Source: Candidatus Latescibacterota bacterium
GTDB lineage: Bacteria; Latescibacterota; UBA2968; GCA-2709665
Reading direction: 5' to 3'
DNA length: 64,000 bases
Assembly (NCBI GenBank): GCA_963662665.2
Contig: CAXXJS010000010.1
Coordinates: forward strand, 192,001-256,000
The notes under the pieces are model-generated. The model was not told where the DNA came from and searched no databases. It saw only the letters and a program-made list of their open reading frames with translations. The position numbers were made by a program, and so were the translations under genes. Shown one piece after another: positions 40,517-49,643 of the stretch; positions within the stretch are counted from its first letter, which is position 1; each line of letters starts with the position of its first letter.

Positions 40517-41412
40517 TGTTGCCCTCCTGATTCCGGCCGGACGTGGGCGACAAAGGCCTCCTCGAGGCCGACGTCCATGACGTCCTCGATATGCCCGCCC
40601 TGCGCCTGGATGGGCGCGGCCTGCGCCTCGCCGTACCCCACCACCGTCAGCAGCAGCCGCGACCCCTCGCCCTGCACCTGGCGCAGGCCCTCGATATCCC
40701 GCAGTTCATCCGCGCCATCCGGCATGCGCACGACCACCCGCTTTACCGAACCCTTCACCTCGTCCACTGCGCCTTCGGCCACCAGGCGGCCCTTTTCGAT
40801 TATCGCCACACGGTCGGCCACGCGCTCCACCTCGTGGACCAGGTGCGAGGAGAGGAAGACCGTGCGGCCCTCCTCCTGGATGAGCCCGATGATGCTCTCG
40901 AGGAAGTCACGCCGCACCACCACGTCCAGCCCCGAAGCCGGCTCGTCCAGGATCAGCAGCCGCGGCCCGTGGCCCAGGGCTAACGTGAGGGCCAGTTGAG
41001 CGTTCATCCCCCGGGACAGGTGTTTGACCTTCTGATCCGGGTCCAGGCCGAACCGGTCGATGAGCGCATCCACCCTGTCGTGGTTCCATGTGTCGTAAAA
41101 CTGACCGGTGAACCAGACGAGTTCCCTCACCCTCATCCAGCCGTACATCACGCGATTTTCCGCTACGTATCCCACCTGCCGCCGAAGCTCCATGGAGCCT
41201 GTCACCGGATTCAGCCCCAGGACCTCCACCCTCCCGGCCCTGGGCTTCAGGAGGTTCATGAGGATCTGAATCGTGGTGGTCTTGCCCGCGCCGTTACGGC
41301 CGAGGAAACCGCAGACCGTACCAGCGGGTACCTCCAACCGCAGATCGTCCACGGCTGTAAGTTTGCCGAAGCGATGGGTCAACCCCTCGATTGCGATCGC
41401 CGTGCCGTTCAT
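40513..41412 (-). CDS. ABC transporter ATP-binding protein
   Basis: GRNGAGKTT, LSRGM, LDEP, SSH. Confidence 0.95.
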   Translation of the reverse strand: MNGTAIAIEGLTHRFGKLTAVDDLRLEVPAGTVCGFLGRNGAGKTTTIQILMNLLKPRAGRVEVLGLNPVTGSMELRRQVGYVAENRVMYGWMRVRELVWFTGQFYDTWNHDRVDALIDRFGLDPDQKVKHLSRGMNAQLALTLALGHGPRLLILDEPASGLDVVVRRDFLESIIGLIQEEGRTVFLSSHLVHEVERVADRVAIIEKGRLVAEGAVDEVKGSVKRVVVRMPDGADELRDIEGLRQVQGEGSRLLLTVVGYGEAQAAPIQAQGGHIEDVMDVGLEEAFVAHVRPESGGQQ

Positions 41413-41431
41413 ATCGACTCCTTCCTCCCGG

Positions 41432-41821
41432 TCAATCTTCTTTCCGAAAACGGTCAAGTCGTTCCCGGACCACCTGCTCCATTTCCTCAGGGCTCAGTTC
41501 CAGTTCAACGCCCTGCACCAGCGCCCTGTCCAGCAGTTCCCTCACGATTTCCAGCTTTTCTTCGCGGGATATGGTGACGTCCCGCTCGGCGACGTACGTG
41601 CCCATCCCACGTTTCTTGTAGATGAATCCCTCGCGCTCCAGTTCCAGATAGGCGCGCGCCACCGTATTCGGGTTGATCAGGTACTGGCCGGCGAGTTCCC
41701 TCACAGAGGGTAGTTCTTCGTGCGGCTTCAGCACCCCCCGGGCCATCTGGTACCTGATCTGCTCCATCATCTGCAGGTAGATGGGTACCCCGTTGGCCGT
41801 GTCTATGCGCAAGGGCAACAT
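41432..41821 (-). CDS. GntR family regulator, YtrA subfamily
   Basis: PIYLQ, LPSVRELA, NPNTVARAY, RGMGTYV; short C-terminus; precedes ABC genes. Confidence 0.93.
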   Translation of the reverse strand: MLPLRIDTANGVPIYLQMMEQIRYQMARGVLKPHEELPSVRELAGQYLINPNTVARAYLELEREGFIYKKRGMGTYVAERDVTISREEKLEIVRELLDRALVQGVELELSPEEMEQVVRERLDRFRKED

Positions 41822-41936
41822 GACAACGTTCCCGTTTTGCCCAATCCCAACGAAGTTCACTATCAGGACGGGGTTTCGACGTCCCGGACACGCCGTCCGG
41901 GCATCGATGAGTCTCAGGTGGAATGCTCGATGAGTA

Positions 41937-41964
41937 TTACTGTATGAGTGAACCGATACAGTAA
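41937..41964. promoter_or_regulatory. Putative YtrA-type operator
   Basis: Perfect 9-bp inverted repeat TTACTGTAT-N10-ATACAGTAA upstream of the GntR gene. Confidence 0.7.
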
Positions 41965-42040
41965 CATACTAACCAATCGCGTCCGGAAACGCAAGTGGTT
42001 TTTTCGTCAACAGGGAAAAATAGCCGGCGACCGTCGCGGC

Positions 42041-42135
42041 GGGCGCCCACAAGGGACGCCCCTACAAGGCGAGGGGGAAGCGCTGAGAAGGTGAAGGCGC
42101 AGGATTATGTAGCGCAAATTGCCAATTTGCGGTAC
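42041..42135. repeat. Two GTAG-type REP palindromes
   Basis: GTAGGGGCGTCCCTTGTGGGCGCCC (minus, 42041-42065) and GTAGCGCAAATTGCCAATTTGCG (plus, from 42109). Confidence 0.65.
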
Positions 42136-42468
42136 GGCGGGCGGGGTGGGATGTGTATGTGCTGACGCTTGTTCAGTTTGCGAAATCTTACATGGATTCA
42201 AGTATTCCGGCGCGAGTTCATCGCGATAGCAGGAGAGTGTACTGCCCGGCGAGACGGATGAATGAAAGATGCTCGGACCACCTTCTACGCCGCAGGAGAT
42301 GCATCGCCAGGCTCCTGGATTTTCGGAGACTGGCACGCATTTTGCGGCCACAAACCCCAAGTACGTCCAGGAGTTTCGGTTTCGCGGCGGAATCTCAGAC
42401 CGGAGGATTTACGATCGGGCAGCCTCGCGAAAAACGCCATTGGGCGCCGCATACTGAAATTGGGTCTT

Positions 42469-43420
42469 TGGCCCCAATTCGAAAAAACAGCAACTCGGCA
42501 ACGAGATGAAAACCACTGAAACGGGGCGTAACGGTCGTCAAAAAGGACATTCTTTCAGTTCACGTCCAGTGACATGGTGTATCCTGTTAATCAGAAGTTA
42601 AATCGCCTTTATCTACTTGCCTAAATTCGGTTTTACTTCCCCGAAGAAGTAGAGTCGAGATGTGGCGCGGTGGTTTAGGAGTGGCCTGTCTGTTCCCGCC
42701 CCTTTCGTCTGGCGGTGCCTCAATAGCCCCTCCCTGCTCCGTTTCCACATCCCGCTCGTCGAACCGGACGTGCGGAGTTACCGCATCCGGCTCTCCGACG
42801 GACATCGCCTTCAGGTACACACTGCCCGATCTGCCCGGACAGCTTCACCTGAAACCTTAGCTTGATCTGGAGTCGCCTCGTCTTATTCTGGAGGAGGTTA
42901 TAGGCTTGCGCCACTCTCCCGACAGTTGTCCCCTTCACAAGCACATCCGAAGTCAGGCCCCTTTCCTCCGCCGGCGTTACCCGGCATCACAGGTACTACG
43001 AGCCTGTCCGCCACCCCATACGGCCCGGCCTGGCCCTCACGGGCTTCCGGTTGGTGGCTCTCCACCACCGCTGGGGCTTCCCGTGTTGCGTCGGATCTCC
43101 TTGTATGCGTGCCTCCGCCATTACCCCGGCGGGACCGTTGGGTGCTCTCGTTGCCTGCTTCCCCAACGACGGCGGCCTTCCCCGTTCGCAAGCCGGGTCG
43201 GCTCCCGCATTACCCTTTTCGAGGCCTGCTCAGCGTTTACTCACGTTTCAGCCCACATACTCGCCGAGTCGCCTGGCGACCCTCTACACCGGAGGCTTCG
43301 GAGATGTCGTTACCTACGTCTCCGCTCCGATTGCTTCCGACTGTGGCAACATCTGTCGGGTGGGACTCTCACCCACTGAAGTTCCGCGCCTTTTCACGGC
43401 GCACTTGCGAATCAAGGTTA
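42469..43420 (-). mobile_element. MITE family A, copy 2, interrupted by a group II intron
   Basis: 43405-43420 is the left TIR and 42469-42648 is the remaining body; joined, they restore the sequence of copies 1 and 3. Confidence 0.85.
42649..43404 (-). ncRNA. ORF-less group II intron (756 nt, class E-like long domain VI)
   Basis: 5' GTGCG, domain V GAGCCGGATGCGGTAACTCCGCACGTCCGGTTC, 3' end CTCGACTCTAC; EBS1 TTGCGA pairs with exon TCGCAA. Confidence 0.92.
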
Positions 43421-43506
43421 GCCTCTGTCATTATTGCATTTCCCATTGACAACGCGCGATTTTTACTGTTGTTTTAATCAATCGGCGCGAGAAGGGAAAA
43501 ACCGGA

Positions 43507-43872
43507 GTGAAGTGGGTGTCCATCTGGAGCGTCAAGGAAACTGACAGGGTTTTGTTTGGAGTTGTGTCGGTCCTGGTGTTCTTCATTGGTGCGTGGAATC
43601 TGGTTTCCAGAAAGAGCTGGTCCAGCCTTTATTTTTCCGAAGACTTAGTCATTTTGGGCGCCTGGTCGGTCACTGTCGCCTACTTCACAATAGGGGCCAT
43701 TGACATCATGGTTATGATCTTTGGGACTATGACTGAACTTGTGGCCGGATGGTATAAAAACAGGGTTCTCAAAAATGCGCGCGAAGAGATCCGGGAACAG
43801 GTTCGAGAGGAAGTCCTTCAGGAACTTCGGGAGGCCCGGCAGGACAAGACTGATGCGGGTGAAGTAAATTAA
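43507..43872 (+). CDS. Hypothetical membrane protein
   Basis: Two hydrophobic segments and a charged REE-rich tail; GGAG upstream; lower GC. Confidence 0.6.
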   Translation: MKWVSIWSVKETDRVLFGVVSVLVFFIGAWNLVSRKSWSSLYFSEDLVILGAWSVTVAYFTIGAIDIMVMIFGTMTELVAGWYKNRVLKNAREEIREQVREEVLQELREARQDKTDAGEVN

Positions 43873-43908
43873 ACATCCTGTTCCAATAAACCTGCTCAAC
43901 TGTAACCT

Positions 43909-44035
43909 CTGGTGTTCCGTCCCAGGAATACCTCACCATTCGGACGCCGATTCATCCCGTCTTGCTACGTTGCGTTGCGAGACGGGCGACTCGACGGCCG
44001 AATTCAGGCAACTTATTTCCGGGACAGACCACTAG
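43909..44035. mobile_element. MITE family B, copy 2
   Basis: TIRs CTGGTGTTCCGTCCCAGGAATA / TATTTCCGGGACAGACCACTAG; homologous to 9709-9860. Confidence 0.8.
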
Positions 44036-45258
44036 TACCCTTTGACGGCTAAAGCACGGCGTAGTCTGGATACAGCTTTCTCAGTTTGATGCGAGCATCG
44101 TCGGTCGTGAACCGCCAATGGACGGCCTTGCTATTGTTGTTGCGATCATTCGCCCAGGCGGAAGTCTGCTCTTTGAGTGAATCGATATCGGGGATGCGCT
44201 GCTTCAAGCATTGGTTGCTCAAGACACTCAGTTCGATCTCGGCGATGTTGAGCCAACTCCCGTGTTTGGGCGTGTAGTGGATTTCGAGACGCCTGGCCAG
44301 ACGGCGAGCTTCTTCGGGTGAGAACGCCTCGTAGAGTGCCGCGGGCGTGTGCGTGTTGAGGTTATCACACACCAGGACGACGGTTTCGGCTTCACGGTAG
44401 TCCGTATCCAGAAGCTCCTTGATCTCCTGGGCCCAGTCCAGTGCGGTCTTGCGTTGTCTTACACGGACCTTGCGCCAGCACGAAAGCGGTTCAGTGAACA
44501 TGAAGTTCACGGCGGTTCCGTTACGTTCATACTCGTAGTCGTAGCGTTCAGGTTTGCCCGGACGTGTAGTGACCGGAACACGCGTCTCCTTGACCAACTG
44601 AACCGGGTGTTCGTCCATATTGACAACGGGCCTCAGGGCGTCGTACGGCCGCTGATAGACATCCAGGATATCCTCCATCGCGGCGACAAACGCGGCGTTT
44701 TGCTTGGGCGGAATCACCCAGCACGTTCTCAGGTGAGGCCTAAGTTTGTTTTTTTAAGCGTTCGCTGCACCGTCCGGTATGAGATGCTATCGACGATCTC
44801 CAGGGCTACGAGCTCATCGGCCAAAAGCTTCAGCGTCCACCGCTTACGTCCCGTTGGAGGTTCACTGCAAGCCAACGCGATCAATCGGGCTTCCTTAGCA
44901 CCATCCAGCTTTCTTTCGGTGGGAGGATGGGCGCGCTTCTTTCGCTCAAGGGCCGAATCCAGGCCCTCCAACACAAAACGCTTCCGGATGCCCTCAACCG
45001 TAGACCGATTGCACGAAAAGGCCTCCGTGATCTGCCGATCCAGCCAGGCCGGACCCTCTGCATCGGCCTTGAGAAGCACATGCGCGTGCCTGATTCGGTA
45101 CGCTTGCGTCTTGCCTTTGCTTACCAGATCCTGCAGCCGTTCCCGTTCTTCGGGACTCAGACGTACGACGTATTTCTTCGGCATGCCGATGGCTCCTTCG
45201 TCTTCAGGGGAGACATCGAACTATAAGCACGCCCAGTCTTAGAAGTCAATAGGTACTA
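44033..45258 (-). mobile_element. IS630 family element, two-ORF (frameshift) type, apparently complete
   Basis: TIRs TAGTACCCTTTGAC / GTCAATAGGTACTA with TA ends. Confidence 0.9.
44049..45184 (-). CDS. IS630 transposase (HTH orfA 44729-45184 plus DDE orfB) joined by a -1 frameshift
   Basis: A7 slippery run at 44749-44755 gives LKKNKLRPHLRTCWVIP; MDE, CDNLNTH, HYTPKHGSWLNIAEIE. Confidence 0.9.
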
Positions 45259-46344
45259 GTGTCTTGTCCCATGAATTAGTTCAAAAAGTCTAGTAATCTT
45301 GTCAAGGATCGATTCTGCGGTGGCGGTCCAGACGAACGGTTGTGAGTTGGTGTTGTAATGGTTAGTGAAATCCTGAATGTTGGCGATGAGGTCTTTCACC
45401 TTCTTGAAGGTCCCGCGTCGGATGGCTTTCTGGGTAATGATACCGAACCAGATCTCGACTTGGTTGAGCCAAGACGCGTAGGTCGGTGTGTAGTGAACGT
45501 GATATCGGGGCCTGGCTGCGATCCAGCGTTTGATTTTTTCGTGTTTGTGCGTGGCGTAGTTGTCGACGACGAGATGAATGTCAAGGTCCTTCGGGACGTT
45601 TTGGTCGATATATTTGAGGAATTGCAGGAATTCCTGGTGTCGATGTCGGGGTTTGCATTGGGCCAGCACCTTGCCGGAAGCGACCTCTAGTGCGGCGAAC
45701 AAGGTCGTGGTGCCGTGCCGGATATAATTGTGGGTCACCCCTTCCACATAGCCCAACCCCAAAGGCAATATCGGCTGCGTTCGTTCCAATGCCTGGATCT
45801 GGCTCTTTTCGTCAACGCATAATACCATCGCGTTGTCGGGAGGGTTCAGATACAGGCCGACAATGTCACGTACCTTCTCGACAAAGAACGGATCATTGGA
45901 CAGCTTGAAGTGTTTTTGCCGGTGCGGCTGTAGACCAAACGCTTTCCACACGCGCTGAACCGTAGACTTGGACAGTTGCGTCTGGGCCGCCAGAGAGCGG
46001 CAGGTCCAATGGGTGGCTCCCGACGGCTTGTCTTTGAGCGTTGTATAAATCAGCGCGGCGATGCGCTCATCGCTGATCGACCGGGGCCCCCCGGGGCGCA
46101 ATTCATCATAAAGCCCCATCAGACCTTGTTCTAAAAACCGACGGCGCCACTTCCCGACTGTGGCTCCCGACAGACCAAGCTGTCGTCCAATCTGCTGATT
46201 CGACAGCCCTTGATCACTCATCAGAACGATCTTCGCCCGACGTACATGACTGTGCGACATGCTTCTTGAACGGGAAATCGTTTCCAACTGTGCCCGAACC
46301 TCATCCCCAATACTCAGTGGCGCTAACGGACGTCCCCTGGCCAT
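45256..46344 (-). CDS. IS630 family transposase, single ORF
   Basis: VDEKSQIQAL, YIRHGTTTLFAAL, DNYATHK, TPTYASWLNQVE; TIR CTAGTGTCTTGTCCC overlaps the stop codon. Confidence 0.95.
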   Translation of the reverse strand: MARGRPLAPLSIGDEVRAQLETISRSRSMSHSHVRRAKIVLMSDQGLSNQQIGRQLGLSGATVGKWRRRFLEQGLMGLYDELRPGGPRSISDERIAALIYTTLKDKPSGATHWTCRSLAAQTQLSKSTVQRVWKAFGLQPHRQKHFKLSNDPFFVEKVRDIVGLYLNPPDNAMVLCVDEKSQIQALERTQPILPLGLGYVEGVTHNYIRHGTTTLFAALEVASGKVLAQCKPRHRHQEFLQFLKYIDQNVPKDLDIHLVVDNYATHKHEKIKRWIAARPRYHVHYTPTYASWLNQVEIWFGIITQKAIRRGTFKKVKDLIANIQDFTNHYNTNSQPFVWTATAESILDKITRLFELIHGTRH

Positions 46345-46392
46345 AGATTCCTCCTTTCGCTATAAGAAATCTATGGCAAATAAACTATTTTT

Positions 46393-47771
46393 GCCGCCGT
46401 CCCAACGCGCTCAACGGAAAGCTTGGGCCGCATAGCAGCGCTGTCCGCGGCGACTGCCTCGATCCAACGACATTACAGGATGCATTCGTGGGAATCGACA
46501 CTGCCTACTATATGGTCCATTCGATGGGGGGCAGTGCCGATTTCGACATTCAGGACCGCCAGGCGGCGCGCAACTTCGGTGACGCGGCACGGGCCGCCCA
46601 CGTACGGCGCATCGTCTACGTCGGCGGTCTGGGCGCCGCGGAGGGGCTCTCCAGGCATCTGCGCAGCCGTCATGAAACGGGAGAGGAATTGCGGGCCTCG
46701 GGCGTGCCCGTGATCGAGTTCCGCAGCGGCATCGTGCTGGGCGCCGGCAGCCTCTCGTTCGAATTGATCCGGGCCCTGGTCGAACGCTTGCCGGTGATGG
46801 TCTGCCCCTCGTGGGTCCGCACGCCCACCCAGCCGATCGCCCTCGGCGACCTGGTGTCTTACCTTGTTGCGGCGCTGGACCTTCCCCGTGGTAGAAGCCA
46901 ACTGTTCGAGATAGGCGGAGCGGACGTGGTGTCGTACCGTGAGATCATGCTCGAGTACGCCCGGCGGCGCGGTCTTCGGCGCCTGCTGATTCCCGTGCCG
47001 TTGTTGACGCCCCGTCTTTCGAGCCTCTGGCTCGGGCTGACGACTCCGGTCTATGCGCGGGTCGGCCGCGAACTGGTCGACGGCCTGCGTACGGCAACCG
47101 TCGTGAACGCCGCCGCCGCCCGGACCGCTTTTCCGATAGCGCCGCTCGGTTTGCGGGCGGCCATCGCACGGGCCGTTGAAGAAGAGGACTCGGCGTTCGC
47201 CGCCACCCCGTGGTCGGAGGCCGCGCTGGCGTCCGGAACCGTACTGCGCTGGGGCGGCGTCCGTATCCGAAGCCGGTTGATCCATTCGGCCGCCGTGGAT
47301 CTGCCGGTGGGGTCCGCGGCTGCGTTCGCCCCCATTCAGCGCATCGGCGGGGCCCGTGGCTGGTACTACGGTGACTGGATCTGGCGTTTTCGTGGTCTGT
47401 TCGATCTTCTGCTGGGTGGGGTGGGCATGAACCGCGGCCGCCGGGACCCCGAGACCCTGGCCGCAGGCGACGTCCTGGACTGCTGGCGGGTGGATGCCTG
47501 CAAGCCGGATATTCGCCTCCGGCTCGCGGCCGAGATGAAGCTCCCCGGGCGGGGTTGGCTCGAGTTCGACGTCACACCGCGGGGCGGAGGCGCATCCAGA
47601 ATACGCCAGACCGCCGTCTTCGACCCGGCCGGGCTCTGGGGGCGCTTCTACTGGCACGCCCTGTATCCGATTCACGTCCTGTTGTTCGGTGGGCTTCTTC
47701 GAAGCATCGCCCGGCGAGCAATCGCGAAGTCGTCCTGGCGGAAAGGAGGACGCCATGCGCTTAAATATTGA
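46393..47771 (+). pseudogene. 5'-truncated SDR/NAD(P)-binding + DUF2867 protein
   Basis: Frame opens at RRPNAL..RGDCLD..IDTAYYMVHSM without the GxxGxxG N-terminus; AEMKLPGRGWLEF, GRFYWHALYPIH. Confidence 0.78.
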
Positions 47772-48387
47772 AGCGCAACTGAATACGACAACACGCACCG
47801 TGTCGTCGCCGGAGCGTAATGGACAACCCGCTCACGCGGTATCCGTTGTTCGCAGTTATCCCACGACTGTTGAGGACCTTTGGGATGCCGTGACGAACGG
47901 TGAGAGAATCTCGCGGTGGTTCCTGCCGATCAGTGGCGAACTCAAGCCTGGAGGCCGCTATCAGTTTGAAGGCAATGCAGGCGGATTAGTCACGGCGTGC
48001 GAACGCCCCTCTCATTTCGAGGTCACCTGGGAGTTCGGCGGCGACGTAAGTTGGGTTGAAGCGCGCATCTGTGAGGACGCTGACGGCCACGCTCGATTGA
48101 GGCTCACGCACACCGCGCACCATTCGAAACACTGGGACGAATATGGACCGGGCGCGGCCGGCGTGGGATGGGAAATGGGTCTGATGGGCCTTTCGAACCA
48201 TATCATGCAACCGGAAGCGCCATTGCAGGATGAAGCCGAGTTCGCCGCTTCGCCGGAAGGCAGGGCATTCATGGTGGGCAGCAGCGAGGCGTGGGAAACG
48301 GCGGCCGTGGGTGCCGGCACGGACCCTGCCGTTGCGCGCGCGGCGGCAGAGCGTACAGCCGCTTTCTATACCGGTGATTCGGCCTGA
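47755..48387 (+). CDS. SRPBCC/AHSA1 domain protein
   Basis: LWDAVT..RISRWFLP, GGRYQFEGNAGG, GPGAAGVGWE. Confidence 0.88.
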   Translation: MRLNIEAQLNTTTRTVSSPERNGQPAHAVSVVRSYPTTVEDLWDAVTNGERISRWFLPISGELKPGGRYQFEGNAGGLVTACERPSHFEVTWEFGGDVSWVEARICEDADGHARLRLTHTAHHSKHWDEYGPGAAGVGWEMGLMGLSNHIMQPEAPLQDEAEFAASPEGRAFMVGSSEAWETAAVGAGTDPAVARAAAERTAAFYTGDSA

Positions 48388-48447
48388 CGATGTCAAACCC
48401 GTCCGCTGTCCAAATGGACAACAATTCTCACCGAAAGGAGACCGATT

Positions 48448-48789
48448 ATGGATATAGAACTCGTCTACTGCGCCATGTGAGGTTACGAAGACGAGGCCGT
48501 CAGTTTGACGCGCCATCTGCTGGAAAAATACAAGACGGGTATCTCGCGATTGACGCTGGTTCCATCGGGCAGGGGAAAATTTGAGATCACGGCTGACGGG
48601 GAGACGGTCTTCTCAAAGCTGAAGGAAGGCCGGTTCCCTGAAGACGTCGAGGTTGAGTCCCGCCTCGCCGTAAAAACAGGAAACAGCGGTTCCGGTTCGG
48701 GATCGTGCTGTCCGGAAGACGAACCTGTCAGGCGCAAAAGCATGGGGTTCCGCTCCCTCGTCGCGATGCTTTTCCGTAGAGCCGGATGA
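48448..48789 (+). CDS. Rdx (SelT/SelW/SelH) family selenoprotein, CxxU
   Basis: AAAGGAG RBS; MDIELVYCAM-TGA-GY...GKFEITADGETVFSKLKEGRFP; hairpin downstream. Confidence 0.9.
48495..48514 (+). promoter_or_regulatory. Putative bacterial SECIS element
   Basis: GGC-CGUCA[GUU]UGACG-C-GCC, loop 22 nt after the UGA at 48478-48480. Confidence 0.7.
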
Positions 48790-48971
48790 AATGTCGTTCG
48801 AGGGCGCGCCGTGGGATACCATGGAAATTGTCAATAAGTCCGAATCAGGTCAGGAACGATTCCTCTTCGGGGTATTGTTTCGTCGTAGAAAATAGGATAT
48901 CTTTAATCAGGGTTGGGCCGGGCAGGAAGACAAGGTTGTACTCTCCGATACTCACATCCAGGGAGGCTGCC

Positions 48972-49643
48972 ATGGTGTATCGTATCTGCCTCGCGCTGAC
49001 GTGTGTGTTCGCACTTGCCGGGTGTTATACGCAGATTCGGCCGCCCGAATATGAAACGGTAAGCCGTGTCGGTTCCGATTCGCCCGCTGATAAGGACACT
49101 GTTGTTGTATACAGGCAGTACGTGTACAACAGTTTCGATCCGTACGGGTGGGCGGTGGCGCCGTATTACGAACCGTATTTTCCGGGATATCCGTCCTGGG
49201 CAAGACGCGGTTTCCGATGGCGACATTCCTACTGGACGGCGGCATACGGACCGTGGTGGCGGGGGTGGGCGCGGCGCGTTCTCGCGCGCGGACGATTGCC
49301 CGCTCCCAGATACAGATATCGCCCGGTCGATACCGATCCCATCGATCTTCACGAACCGCGTCTGCGTATCAGATATACCGGATTGCGGGGTGGGGAGCAC
49401 GCGCCCGCCGGTACGGTCCGGAAGGGTAAGGTAGAACAGACGACGCGGAGGCGGCGAGCGCCGGTGGCAAGCGCCATCCGGAGCGATTCGAAAACGGAAA
49501 GATCGGGCAGCACTTCGAGAACCGCCTCGAAACCGCGCGATTCGGGCGGCGGTCAGTCGTCTAAACCGAAAGAAGACGAGAAGCAGCAGGAAAAGCGCGA
49601 GGAGAAGCGCGAGGGCCAGCGTCGAAGAGGGGGGATGCGATGA
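48972..49643 (+). CDS. Hypothetical lipoprotein with an aromatic-rich middle and basic disordered tail
   Basis: GGGAGG RBS, lipobox LAGC; ATGA overlap with the next gene. Confidence 0.75.
   Translation: MVYRICLALTCVFALAGCYTQIRPPEYETVSRVGSDSPADKDTVVVYRQYVYNSFDPYGWAVAPYYEPYFPGYPSWARRGFRWRHSYWTAAYGPWWRGWARRVLARGRLPAPRYRYRPVDTDPIDLHEPRLRIRYTGLRGGEHAPAGTVRKGKVEQTTRRRRAPVASAIRSDSKTERSGSTSRTASKPRDSGGGQSSKPKEDEKQQEKREEKREGQRRRGGMR

Noticed and set aside
42140-42468. Short overlapping ORFs between the REPs and the MITE
   Set aside because: No RBS, motif or consistent frame; cannot be supported as coding.
42587-43477. ORFs predicted across the intron region
   Set aside because: They are translations of the structured intron RNA; no RT motifs.
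44729-44760. IS630 transposase split treated as a pseudogene or as novel recoding
   Set aside because: A -1 shift at an A-rich slippery site between HTH and DDE ORFs is well known in IS630 elements.
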